Shown in pieces: positions 1-8,155 of a stretch of 18,159 nt of DNA (its first letter is position 1; each line of letters opens with the position of its first letter). Made by a program: the position numbers and the translations under genes. The notes under the pieces are model-generated. The model searched no databases. It was not told where the DNA came from and worked only from the letters and a program-made list of their open reading frames with translations. Where the stretch lies: assembly GCA_964534625.1 (NCBI GenBank), contig CAZHRF010000051.1, positions 1-18,159 on the forward strand, read 5' to 3'. Source of the DNA: an uncultured archaeon. GTDB lineage: Archaea > Asgardarchaeota > Heimdallarchaeia > Heimdallarchaeales > Heimdallarchaeaceae.

Positions 1-336
1 TTGTCTTCCATTCTTTAGACATTTGGTTCTCTATGGAAGTATAGTCATTATTATATTAGAAGATTGTGCTTGATGTTGGTAATTATTGGTGTTTGGACCT
101 TTTGATTTAGAAATGATTTGCCATTTTTTTTCATTTTTCTGCAAACATTACCACTTTCAGTTAGTTCCACCTTATGAGAACTACTCTTGTTACCAACCAC
201 ATTCTGAAAAGAGAAAGAAGCACCCTTCTAATAAGGGTATAGATAAACACTTTCATTACATCTAAATGGAGATTAGAGGAGAATATGACAATGGTGTTGA
301 ATGAATGATTACATTTTAAGTAAGTGTTTGTAAGTG

Positions 337-473
337 TTCATCCCCTACTTAGATGAGACTAGGAATGAAACCGAGACACGGTTATGTACGGATAATAAGC
401 AATTATAAACAAAATCACGTTTTCTGAAACACCACACTACAGTGTCCCTTCATCTGTTTCTTAGGGGGGTGAA
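337..473. repeat. Inverted-repeat-bounded intergenic element (candidate MITE-like element or structured ncRNA)
   Basis: TTCATCCCCTA (337-347) is complementary to TAGGGGGGTGAA (462-473) with one bulge and one G-U pair. AGATGA (351-356) pairs with TCATCT (450-455). Internal hairpins AACCG/CGGTT (369-383) and ACACT/AGTGT (434-445). Confidence 0.4.
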
Positions 474-489
474 AAATGTACAAGAATGC

Positions 490-539
490 TTATAAGTAAT
501 GTTACAAATAGTATATATTAGAACAACCTAATAGGAGGT
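490..539 (+). promoter_or_regulatory. Archaeal-type promoter and ribosome-binding site for the 547..3264 gene
   Basis: TTATAAGT (490-497) and TATATATT (512-519) are TATA-like. GGAGGT (534-539) lies 7 nt before the ATG at 547. Confidence 0.55.
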
Positions 540-546
540 CTACTAA

Positions 547-3264
547 ATGAAAATACGAAAAAATTTAGCTATAGTGATGAATTTTCTAATTCTTTCACTA
601 ATTTTAACATATTTATCAACGAATGCTTTACCACATTTTGCACCACCAGTTTCTGGTGATTGGATAATTGATAGTTCTGAGAGTATTTCTGATGCTTCTG
701 TAACTCTCAACGGCTCCATAGTTATCAAATCCGGTGGGACTCTCACTTTAAGCAATGTTGATTTGACTTTTGCAATGAATGATCAAGGTGCTACAGATGG
801 TGAATTTAATATCACTGTTCAAGATGGTGGAACATTAATTATTGAAAATGATTGTTACCTGACAACGGATGATCCAACATTACGATCTTATATCTTGGCT
901 GAATCAGGCTCTTCTATTGATATTTCAGACAGCGCCATAGATAATTTTGGAGGATTACATGCACTACCCAAAAGTTCAGTAATTTATGCAAATAATGCTA
1001 CAACATCAATATCTAACACTTTTATTAATTGTACAGAAGATTCAGCGGCAAACATTATATATCTTGAAAATACAGATAATGCCCAAATTATTGGTAATGA
1101 ATTACACCTCGACTCTGGCTCTTCAGGTACTGGTGGTATCAAATTGGTTGATTGTTCCAATATCAATATTGACAATAATCACATAGAAAGCTATGATAGA
1201 GGAAATCCTATTTATATTTGGGATTCGGATCATGTAACTTTAAATGATAATGAACTACTCAGTCATTATATTTATTATACTATATTTGTTTATGGAGATT
1301 CTGATTTTCTCGAAATAACGAATAATTACGTGCTTAGTGATTATCTGTCTGGTGGAGCCAACCTAAGAATTCACGGTTCATCTCCGACCGCCAATATACA
1401 AATTGATAACAATATTTTTGATTCGAATTCTTTCTCATTTTGGATTGATGGCGTTAGTAATCTTACTTTCATTAACAACGTTCTTACTGCAGATAGGTAC
1501 ATAGGTAAACTCTATATGCTGGATAATAATCTCGATTTCAACAATAATACTCTAACTGTGGAAACACCAGATGAAGGTGATTATGGAGTTTTTATTTCTT
1601 CTGATTACACAGCTACCTTTAAAGCGAATATTATGGACAATACGGTGAACTCAGCTAGTGTTTATGGTATTCAGATTAGAAATATGCCTAAATCACATAT
1701 AGTTGGAAATACTATCAAAAATGTCGTTCGTCATAATCAGGATTTTGGTGCTTTGCATATCTCAGAGTGTAATGGATCATATATTGGAAATAACATAGTA
1801 GCCAATGTGGGTAATGATGGTATAGTGGTAATGGACAGCCATAACTATCAAATTGAAGACAATACTATTTGGGTATCTAATTATACTTCCTCTGCGTTTA
1901 GAGCTATTAATATTACAGACTGTTCCGATGTTATCATTAATAAAAATACAGTACATCAAGTTTTTGGAGATGGAATACATGTTGCGACTCACACACCTCT
2001 TACCAATATTACTATTTCAAATAATGAAATAACCGGTGCTACCGCTTCAAGTATTTATATGGCAAACTATGATGATATAGTTATAAAAGATAATTTCATA
2101 AGTTCAACATATAATGGCATATATGTATATAGAACAGAAGATGTTGTCATATCTGGCAATTCTATAGGTCAATCCTCAACTTCTATGGTTATTTATAATA
2201 CGGATAACACTACTGTACAAAATAACATAATCGAAGATTCCATAACAGGTATATGGTTCTATTTATCATCTAACTTCAAGGCAACAGGAAATTATGTTGC
2301 AGAATCAAATACGTATGGTATACTTATTTCTTCTCTTTCAACTAAAACAACTGGTGAAATTTCTACAAATACTGTTACCGACTGTGGATATGGTATATTC
2401 CTTGGCTCAAATATTAACGAAATTATCGTTAAGTTCAATCTAGTTTTAGATAATAAATATGGGTTCATGTTGTATTCAGCTGATAATAACATTTACAACA
2501 ACAGCATAATAGAAAATAATTATGGAATATACGTAGGAGCTACAGCAACAAATAATCTCATTTATTACAATGATTTTATTGACAACAATATTCAAGCTAT
2601 AGATATTGGTTCGGGTAATGAATGGTCAAGAGAGACTGTTGCTCCAGAAGATTATATAGGCAATTATTGGTCAGATTATACTGGAGTAGATGTTGACGCA
2701 CCCTCAGGGCATGGTGATACACCTTACAATGTTACGGGTGATATAGCTGATTTCTATCCTTTGATGAAAAGAGGTACACAATTACCTATGCCTGTCTTAT
2801 CCAATCCTGTTGATCTTATCGTACCTGAGGGAACAACCGGTCACTTTGTCACTTGGAATGTATCATCAATTCTTACTCCACTTACTTATGAAATCAAACT
2901 TGATGGTGTTTCAGTATATAATGGCACCATAACTAGTGATACGGTTTCCTACTCGATTGATGGTTTGGCGCTAGGTAATCATACAGTAGAAATAATTGTC
3001 ACAGATAGTGTGAATCAAGAAGTGTCAGATACCGTACAAATAACTGTGGTTGAATACGATACGCCTAGTTCATCTACAAATGAAACAGAAGATCCATTGG
3101 AAGATTTATTCCAAAATATAGACACAAGAGATTTTGTTTATAGTGGTATAGGGGTAGGTGCTGGTGTTCTTGCAACTTTAATTCTTTCGCTTATTTTTAG
3201 AGGCGGAAAAGGTAAATCAGGTAAAGGAAGCTCTAAAGGTAAATCAAAGAAGAAGAAGAAATAA
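547..3264 (+). CDS. Membrane-anchored right-handed parallel beta-helix (NosD/CASH-like) surface glycoprotein with a C-terminal Ig-like domain
   Basis: 905-aa ORF with strong RBS. Basic+hydrophobic signal peptide, many 'I..N.I..' / 'GI.(I/V)' beta-helix repeats and a 'YNDFIDN..QA.D.G..N.W...GNYWSDY.G.D...G.GDTPY....D.YPL' terminal motif. Ig-like beta-sandwich at about 2791-3051, Ser/Thr/acidic linker, TM helix and a Gly/Lys tail. More than a dozen NxS/T sequons. Confidence 0.9.
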   Translation: MKIRKNLAIVMNFLILSLILTYLSTNALPHFAPPVSGDWIIDSSESISDASVTLNGSIVIKSGGTLTLSNVDLTFAMNDQGATDGEFNITVQDGGTLIIENDCYLTTDDPTLRSYILAESGSSIDISDSAIDNFGGLHALPKSSVIYANNATTSISNTFINCTEDSAANIIYLENTDNAQIIGNELHLDSGSSGTGGIKLVDCSNINIDNNHIESYDRGNPIYIWDSDHVTLNDNELLSHYIYYTIFVYGDSDFLEITNNYVLSDYLSGGANLRIHGSSPTANIQIDNNIFDSNSFSFWIDGVSNLTFINNVLTADRYIGKLYMLDNNLDFNNNTLTVETPDEGDYGVFISSDYTATFKANIMDNTVNSASVYGIQIRNMPKSHIVGNTIKNVVRHNQDFGALHISECNGSYIGNNIVANVGNDGIVVMDSHNYQIEDNTIWVSNYTSSAFRAINITDCSDVIINKNTVHQVFGDGIHVATHTPLTNITISNNEITGATASSIYMANYDDIVIKDNFISSTYNGIYVYRTEDVVISGNSIGQSSTSMVIYNTDNTTVQNNIIEDSITGIWFYLSSNFKATGNYVAESNTYGILISSLSTKTTGEISTNTVTDCGYGIFLGSNINEIIVKFNLVLDNKYGFMLYSADNNIYNNSIIENNYGIYVGATATNNLIYYNDFIDNNIQAIDIGSGNEWSRETVAPEDYIGNYWSDYTGVDVDAPSGHGDTPYNVTGDIADFYPLMKRGTQLPMPVLSNPVDLIVPEGTTGHFVTWNVSSILTPLTYEIKLDGVSVYNGTITSDTVSYSIDGLALGNHTVEIIVTDSVNQEVSDTVQITVVEYDTPSSSTNETEDPLEDLFQNIDTRDFVYSGIGVGAGVLATLILSLIFRGGKGKSGKGSSKGKSKKKKK

Positions 3265-3268
3265 GAAG

Positions 3269-3308
3269 TTTCTTTTTTATTTGATACTTACCTCTTTTTC
3301 TTATTTTT
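3269..3308 (+). terminator. Probable oligo-T archaeal terminator
   Basis: T-rich runs (TTTCTTTTTTAT ... CTTTTTCTTATTTTT) immediately after the stop at 3264, in a gap between convergent genes. Confidence 0.4.
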
Positions 3309-3518
3309 AATAAATATTTTATACTATACTTTAAAATTCTAATGATCAAATTGATTTGAACCAAGTTTTTACTAAAAATTTATTAAAATGATGATACACC
3401 AAGAGTAGGTTGAAGTTAGGAAAAAATAAAGAGTTAAAAGAGGAGAAAAGTAAATCATAACTAATGCAAATGTTTGTTTGGCATGAGTATTCTTCACCTC
3501 GTAATTTTAATCCTTCTT

Positions 3519-4442
3519 TTACTTCTTTTTACGAATAACGACTAAGGTTGCTACTAATCCTATTGCTAATCCTATGAAGAGTAATGAAGGGTATTTAATT
3601 CCTTCTTCACTTTCATCTAGGGTATATTCTATATATTCAGGGCTGTTACCATTAATTCCTGTTAATTGATTCTCTGAGACATCATTTACACTTGAATTAG
3701 TTATTTGACTAGCAAAGAATAAATCTTCATCTGTAGTATCAATGGTTCCTTCATAATCTTGTATTTCTTGTTCAGTAAGTGTTCGTTGATAAAAAGCTAA
3801 ATGAGCAATACTTATATCTGATTCGGAGTATAAATCGCCTTTTTCATATCCTGGCGCACAATATTGTCCTCCCAAAAAGAACGGATTATCATTCGTGGAA
3901 TCATTTAATGGCCCCAACTCCAAGCTATCTACTAACTCACCATCAAGATAGAGCTTGTACATATTGTCTGGTAGACTAAATTGTACTATGATGTTATACC
4001 AGACATCTTTTTGGACAGTAAGGTCATCTTGACCTCGATCCATTCTCAAACTATTCCAACCATTTTTTTGGATCCAAAAAACTATTTGATCCTTAGCTTT
4101 TTCCGCTGTATTTAACTTGAGAGCAATATCTCCTTCTTTATCTTGCCACGCTGAACCTCTGAACCAATTCCATCCATAATTTGAAGCATTTAAGGGGGCT
4201 TTCAGCCTTTGGACAATAGACCAACTTGTATCAAGAGTAAAATTGGGGATTGTAGAAAAGTTTACATAATCTTCTTCAGTAGCATTAAAGTTTACATAAT
4301 AATCGTCTTGTGCTTCGCCTAGAGCAGTATTTTGTTGTTTCACACCAAGAGTTGATTTAGAACTCATAAGACATAGTGATAAAACTACTGAGAGAAAAAA
4401 TATACTAGTGTATAGTTTTTTTTTGCTTTTCCTCATATACAT
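3519..4442 (-). CDS. Secreted, C-terminally anchored LamG/concanavalin A-like (jelly-roll) domain protein
   Basis: Signal peptide (RKSKKK + hydrophobic stretch). LamG-like motifs 'WYNIIVQF', 'YKLYLDGELVDS', 'FFLGG' and 'IAHLAFYQRTLTEQEI'. C-terminal TM helix + RKKK. The start may be the ATG at 4436. Confidence 0.85.
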   Translation of the reverse strand: MYMRKSKKKLYTSIFFLSVVLSLCLMSSKSTLGVKQQNTALGEAQDDYYVNFNATEEDYVNFSTIPNFTLDTSWSIVQRLKAPLNASNYGWNWFRGSAWQDKEGDIALKLNTAEKAKDQIVFWIQKNGWNSLRMDRGQDDLTVQKDVWYNIIVQFSLPDNMYKLYLDGELVDSLELGPLNDSTNDNPFFLGGQYCAPGYEKGDLYSESDISIAHLAFYQRTLTEQEIQDYEGTIDTTDEDLFFASQITNSSVNDVSENQLTGINGNSPEYIEYTLDESEEGIKYPSLLFIGLAIGLVATLVVIRKKK

Positions 4443-4557
4443 TGTGAGTAGTAAAATACTTGATGAGATATAAACCTTGGGAATGATATTTTGTCAATAG
4501 CTAAGATATTAAAACAAAGGAAAAGCCTTTGGGGATAAATCAAATCATTCATTCTTT

Positions 4558-4875
4558 TTAGGGCCATTCTATTTTTACAAGATATTTTTTTGCAGTTGCC
4601 TTGTAATATTTCATCACAATAGCGTATTCATTCTTTACTTTTTTGGCGATATAAACTAAACCATGGTTAAGTAAATCCGTGATATGTCTTTTAATGGTTC
4701 CCGGATTTATTCCTAACTCATTTTTGATTTCTATAAGAGTCTTCTCTTCATGCAACAACTGCGAAAGTATCAGATTTTTCTTTTCGTGAAAAAGAACAGC
4801 TACTGTCTCAGGATCTTTAATGATTAGTTCTTTTTTCTGTTCTTTTTCGCTTACTTTCCTTCTATCCTCTACCAT
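4558..4875 (-). CDS. Winged helix-turn-helix (ArsR-like) transcriptional regulator
   Basis: 'KKNLILSQLLHEEKTLIEIKNELGINPGTIKRHITDLLNHGLV' is an HTH and 'IVMKYYKATAK' a wing. The start lies 1 nt after the upstream stop (TGA-A-ATG), consistent with translational coupling. Confidence 0.88.
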   Translation of the reverse strand: MVEDRRKVSEKEQKKELIIKDPETVAVLFHEKKNLILSQLLHEEKTLIEIKNELGINPGTIKRHITDLLNHGLVYIAKKVKNEYAIVMKYYKATAKKYLVKIEWP

Positions 4876-4876
4876 T

Positions 4877-5842
4877 TCATCTACTCTCTGCTATTGCTTC
4901 CTTTTCGTTAAAGGCTAATGAGGGTACTTTAGATAATTTTTCATCATTCTCATTTTCTATAACTAGCGGTTTGTATCTATCAAATTCTACTGAATTGTAT
5001 ATCCGGGTACTAATTAGAGATAATAAAGGCATCCCTAATACTATTTTAAATAGATATAGAACCATTATTATTATACTCATAATAATTAATAGTGGTATGT
5101 TTATAGTCGCATAGTTTAGAAGTAGTGTATATATAACTATAGCGAGATACGAAGGAAATAAGAACAGTACATAGAACAGGCTAAATGTTCTTATAACCCT
5201 CTCTGTATCTACTTTCAATATCTTTATTGATTCTATTATTGCTTCTTTTAATGATCCATGATTTGTTACGCTAGGTAAAGCGGTATTAAATGCTATAAGG
5301 AATGAAAAACTGATTACGTATCTGAGTGTAAATAAAATCAATATTAAAACTATATTGCCTTTTAAAAAAGACATCGATATTCGCAAATTCGCACGTATAA
5401 TTAGGAAATCTAATCCTGTAATAAATGATAACAAAATATATTTCCACCAATGAGCTTTGAAATAGATAAAGGCATTTTTGAATTCTGTAAACATATCTCC
5501 TGAACTAAGTATATCATATGCAAGTCCATACTGACAATAAAGAAAACTAATCCAGACTAAATAAATACTGATTGAGGATACACCAAGTATAATATGATAA
5601 ATATTTTTATCACCATGATTAAGTGGTCGTATCTGCAATCCATCCGCTGTAATCAGAGATGCAATAAAAAAGACCAATAAGTAAATTGTAAGCCCAGCTA
5701 GTATAAATGCGAGAAAAGCAAAAATTTCTGTTGCTAAATAAGCTTTATAGTTTTGTTTGAGCAATTTCCAGCTTATAGTGAAATCTTTTCTTGTTTCTGA
5801 TTGCATAGGGTCATTTGCTGGATCCTCCAAGTCGTTATTCAT
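4877..5842 (-). CDS. Polytopic membrane protein of unknown function (about 6-7 TM, DUF975-like architecture)
   Basis: 321-aa ORF with repeated hydrophobic helices, amphipathic 'SWKLLKQNYKAYL' and 'AIIESIKILK' segments, and a C-terminal 'STRIY'. Co-oriented in the ABC operon. Confidence 0.8.
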   Translation of the reverse strand: MNNDLEDPANDPMQSETRKDFTISWKLLKQNYKAYLATEIFAFLAFILAGLTIYLLVFFIASLITADGLQIRPLNHGDKNIYHIILGVSSISIYLVWISFLYCQYGLAYDILSSGDMFTEFKNAFIYFKAHWWKYILLSFITGLDFLIIRANLRISMSFLKGNIVLILILFTLRYVISFSFLIAFNTALPSVTNHGSLKEAIIESIKILKVDTERVIRTFSLFYVLFLFPSYLAIVIYTLLLNYATINIPLLIIMSIIIMVLYLFKIVLGMPLLSLISTRIYNSVEFDRYKPLVIENENDEKLSKVPSLAFNEKEAIAESR

Positions 5843-5963
5843 GCTACATTCTAACCATCCATCTATTTAGACTTTTTTGTTAGTTCTTTTGCATTTGAAA
5901 GAATAAGAGGAAGAAAATCTATTCAATTTTCTGCATTTTATTTTTCCTGCCATTTAAACTATC

Positions 5964-6836
5964 TTATTGCTTCTGTTGTCTAATTTTGAATAATATATGG
6001 GCTAGTCCTAGTAATATTGTTGCATAGACAACTATTCCTATTATCGCTCCGGGTACACTAGGGGTCAGCCAACTAAAATAAGTCGCACCATTGCCCCCTG
6101 GTCGCCCAAGTACCTTTTCTGCAAATCTAGACTCTGGCATATCTAGTATTGAAGTAATAATCGATCCATAATAGGTTAAGATAAAGAATGGCTCTATTTC
6201 AACACCTGTAAACATTAACATATTATGAGTTAAATTAAAAACGATAAGTATCATAAGGATACTTGATATAATCGCTGAATTTGTACTGTTCATAAAACTA
6301 CTAAAGAAAGTAACCATAGCTAAAACTAAGAACGCATAAAAAATTGCGAATCCTAAAGATGACCACGTTTCTACGGGTAATTCTTGATATTTAATGACTG
6401 TTGTTATCATGACTAGCAAGTAATAAAAAACAATTGAAGTTATGGTCAGTAAATATCTAGCTATTAGTCTTCCAAAGAGTAATCGTTCCTTAGGGATCTT
6501 TGGGAATATTAGGTTTCCCGTCTGTTTGTCATAATCTTCAGCTATGATTGATCCACCAAAGGTTACAGCAACAAGCATGATTAAAAATTCTATCAAGGAT
6601 AAATAACTTAAAATGTACTCGATTGGATCCTCTGGAGATTCTAATCCTCTTCCCTCTTGAATAAGGTTGATAGTTAGAAAGAGTCCATATATTAAGGTAA
6701 ATGTTACTAACATAATAAATAAATTTTTCATGTTTCTTTTCAATTCAAAAGAAATGGTAGATTTAATCTGAATTGCACTTCTTTTTGTTCCGATTTTTGT
6801 TTTTGTTAGTTGGTCTGTCTTTACAATTGTACTCAT
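5964..6836 (-). CDS. ABC-2 type transporter permease (COG1277-like)
   Basis: About 6 TM helices and the motif 'GSIIAEDYDKQTGNLIFPKIPKERLLFGRLIA'. Start moved from 6920 to the ATG at 6836, which is 1 nt after the ATPase stop (TAA-C-ATG) and preceded by GAGGT. Confidence 0.88.
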   Translation of the reverse strand: MSTIVKTDQLTKTKIGTKRSAIQIKSTISFELKRNMKNLFIMLVTFTLIYGLFLTINLIQEGRGLESPEDPIEYILSYLSLIEFLIMLVAVTFGGSIIAEDYDKQTGNLIFPKIPKERLLFGRLIARYLLTITSIVFYYLLVMITTVIKYQELPVETWSSLGFAIFYAFLVLAMVTFFSSFMNSTNSAIISSILMILIVFNLTHNMLMFTGVEIEPFFILTYYGSIITSILDMPESRFAEKVLGRPGGNGATYFSWLTPSVPGAIIGIVVYATILLGLAHILFKIRQQKQ

Positions 6837-6837
6837 G

Positions 6838-7887
6838 TTAATTACCTCTTTGACCTCGAATTTTTGTATAACTTCGATCCTCTCCATGTGATGAAATTGA
6901 CTTAAGATATAATTCCTCAAGAAGATTTGGCCTTGGAACTGACATACTTATGATATCTAAACCGTTTCTCGCAAGTTTCTTAAAAATGTTTAACTGCGTT
7001 TTGGGATTGCCATCAAATTCGATTTTGTAGACATTTAGTTCAGAATCATATTGAATTGAATTAGTACCATTTTCAAGTCCAGTTAAATTACCAACCAATT
7101 CCTGCAATTTTTTAATTGTCTTTTGTGTATCTTTTTTTGTTTCTAGCAACTCTATCTGCAGATAACTCTGTTTTACTAGCGCTTCCAAGTTTTCTAGAGT
7201 ATCTAACGCAATTAGCTTTCCATTATAAATTATCGCTATTCTGTCAGCTATCTCGCTAATCTCAAAAAGTAAATGACTACTAATAAAAACCGTTTTACCT
7301 TTGTTTTTCAAGGATTTTATGAATTCGCGTACTTCTCTTCTCGCTTTTGGATCCAGACCTGTTTGGGGCTCATCTAAAATAATCACATCGGGATCATGGA
7401 CTAAAGAAGCTAAAATACCCATACGTTGTTTCATACCCTTGGAAAATGTACCTATTGGTTTATCAATCCATGCCGACAAGCCAACCATCGCAATTGTTTC
7501 TTCTACCCTCTCGCCAATTTTTGATTTGGGATAACCTTTTAGTTCTGCAAAATAAGCTAAAACTTGTCGTGGTGTGACATTATCATAAAAAGCAGGTGTT
7601 TCTATTAAAAAACCTAAGTTATCTAAAAGATAGTCTTGGGTTTTCTGGTTTAGCTTCTGTAACTTTTCATTACGTCTTATCCATATTGAACCTTGATCTG
7701 GAATAAGAAGATTAGCTAACATTTTCATAGTTGTAGACTTCCCAGCTCCATTGGGACCCAAGAACCCCACGATCTCACCTCGTTTAATCTCTAATGATAT
7801 ATTCTCTACTGCCACAAACTTACCAAATGTCTTCGAGACATTCTGTAATTTAATTACCGTTTCACCATTTTCGTTGATTTCATTCAT
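6838..7887 (-). CDS. ABC-2 type transporter ATP-binding protein (COG1131-like)
   Basis: Walker A GPNGAGKST, signature FSKGM, Walker B ILDEP, H-loop SSH, plus a C-terminal extension 'PNLLEELYL'. Start moved from 7932 to the ATG at 7887, preceded by AGGTGA. Confidence 0.93.
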   Translation of the reverse strand: MNEINENGETVIKLQNVSKTFGKFVAVENISLEIKRGEIVGFLGPNGAGKSTTMKMLANLLIPDQGSIWIRRNEKLQKLNQKTQDYLLDNLGFLIETPAFYDNVTPRQVLAYFAELKGYPKSKIGERVEETIAMVGLSAWIDKPIGTFSKGMKQRMGILASLVHDPDVIILDEPQTGLDPKARREVREFIKSLKNKGKTVFISSHLLFEISEIADRIAIIYNGKLIALDTLENLEALVKQSYLQIELLETKKDTQKTIKKLQELVGNLTGLENGTNSIQYDSELNVYKIEFDGNPKTQLNIFKKLARNGLDIISMSVPRPNLLEELYLKSISSHGEDRSYTKIRGQRGN

Positions 7888-7915
7888 AACATTCACCTTT
7901 AGCATAAATAATATA

Positions 7916-8036
7916 TTTTGCAATTTTTGCAAGTGCTATATAATACGTCTTAATGCACCTAATAAACGTTTGCATAATACGAAAAAGCCATTAAGTCGTC
8001 AAAGAGGGCAACTAAAAACATTTGCAACATTTGCAA
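7916..8036 (-). promoter_or_regulatory. Promoter of the ABC operon with tandem TTGCAA operator sites
   Basis: Minus-strand ATTATATA TATA box (7937-7944) is followed by TTGCAA at 7927-7932 and 7918-7923. A second pair of TTGCAA lies at 8022-8027 and 8031-8036, and TTGCAT at 7970-7975. Confidence 0.6.
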
Positions 8037-8155
8037 AAGCAAGACATTTGTTTATTCATGGCTTAAAAATATACAATTGGTACATTTTCAAGAGAAATTC
8101 TATGACGCGAAATAGATTTTTATCAAATTACACACTTGGATTAGCCTCCTATTGT

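Noticed and set aside
1-22. Possible start of a minus-strand gene (MSKEWKT...) running off the left edge, with a TATA-like sequence about 30 bp upstream
   Set aside because: Only 7 codons are visible, so it cannot be supported without the adjacent window.
285-308. 7-codon mini-ORF MTMVLNE behind GAGGAG (possible leader peptide)
   Set aside because: Too short to support, with no informative codon run. A separate TATA/RBS exists for the downstream gene.
346-390. Hammerhead ribozyme-like string (UAGAUGAG...GAAACCG-AGACA-CGGUU)
   Set aside because: The core reads UAGAUGA rather than CUGAUGA, and stems I and II cannot be formed convincingly.
350-427. Box C/D sRNA or SECIS reading (AGAUGA...CCGA...CUGA)
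   Set aside because: Box C is imperfect and the C'-D spacing is too long. For a SECIS, the stem is short, there is no apical AAA and no in-frame UGA selenoprotein candidate was found in the window.
3199-3261. Homology of the Gly/Lys tail to histone N-terminal tails
   Set aside because: Low-complexity compositional resemblance only, with no histone fold.
547-7887. NosDFY-like copper-maturation system (NosD-like beta-helix + ABC ATPase with FSKGM + COG1277 permease)
   Set aside because: The beta-helix gene is on the opposite strand and separated by other genes. No NosD-type His/Met copper motif is evident and no nosZ/nosL is present. The (F/Y)SKGM signature is common to many ABC-2 ATPases.
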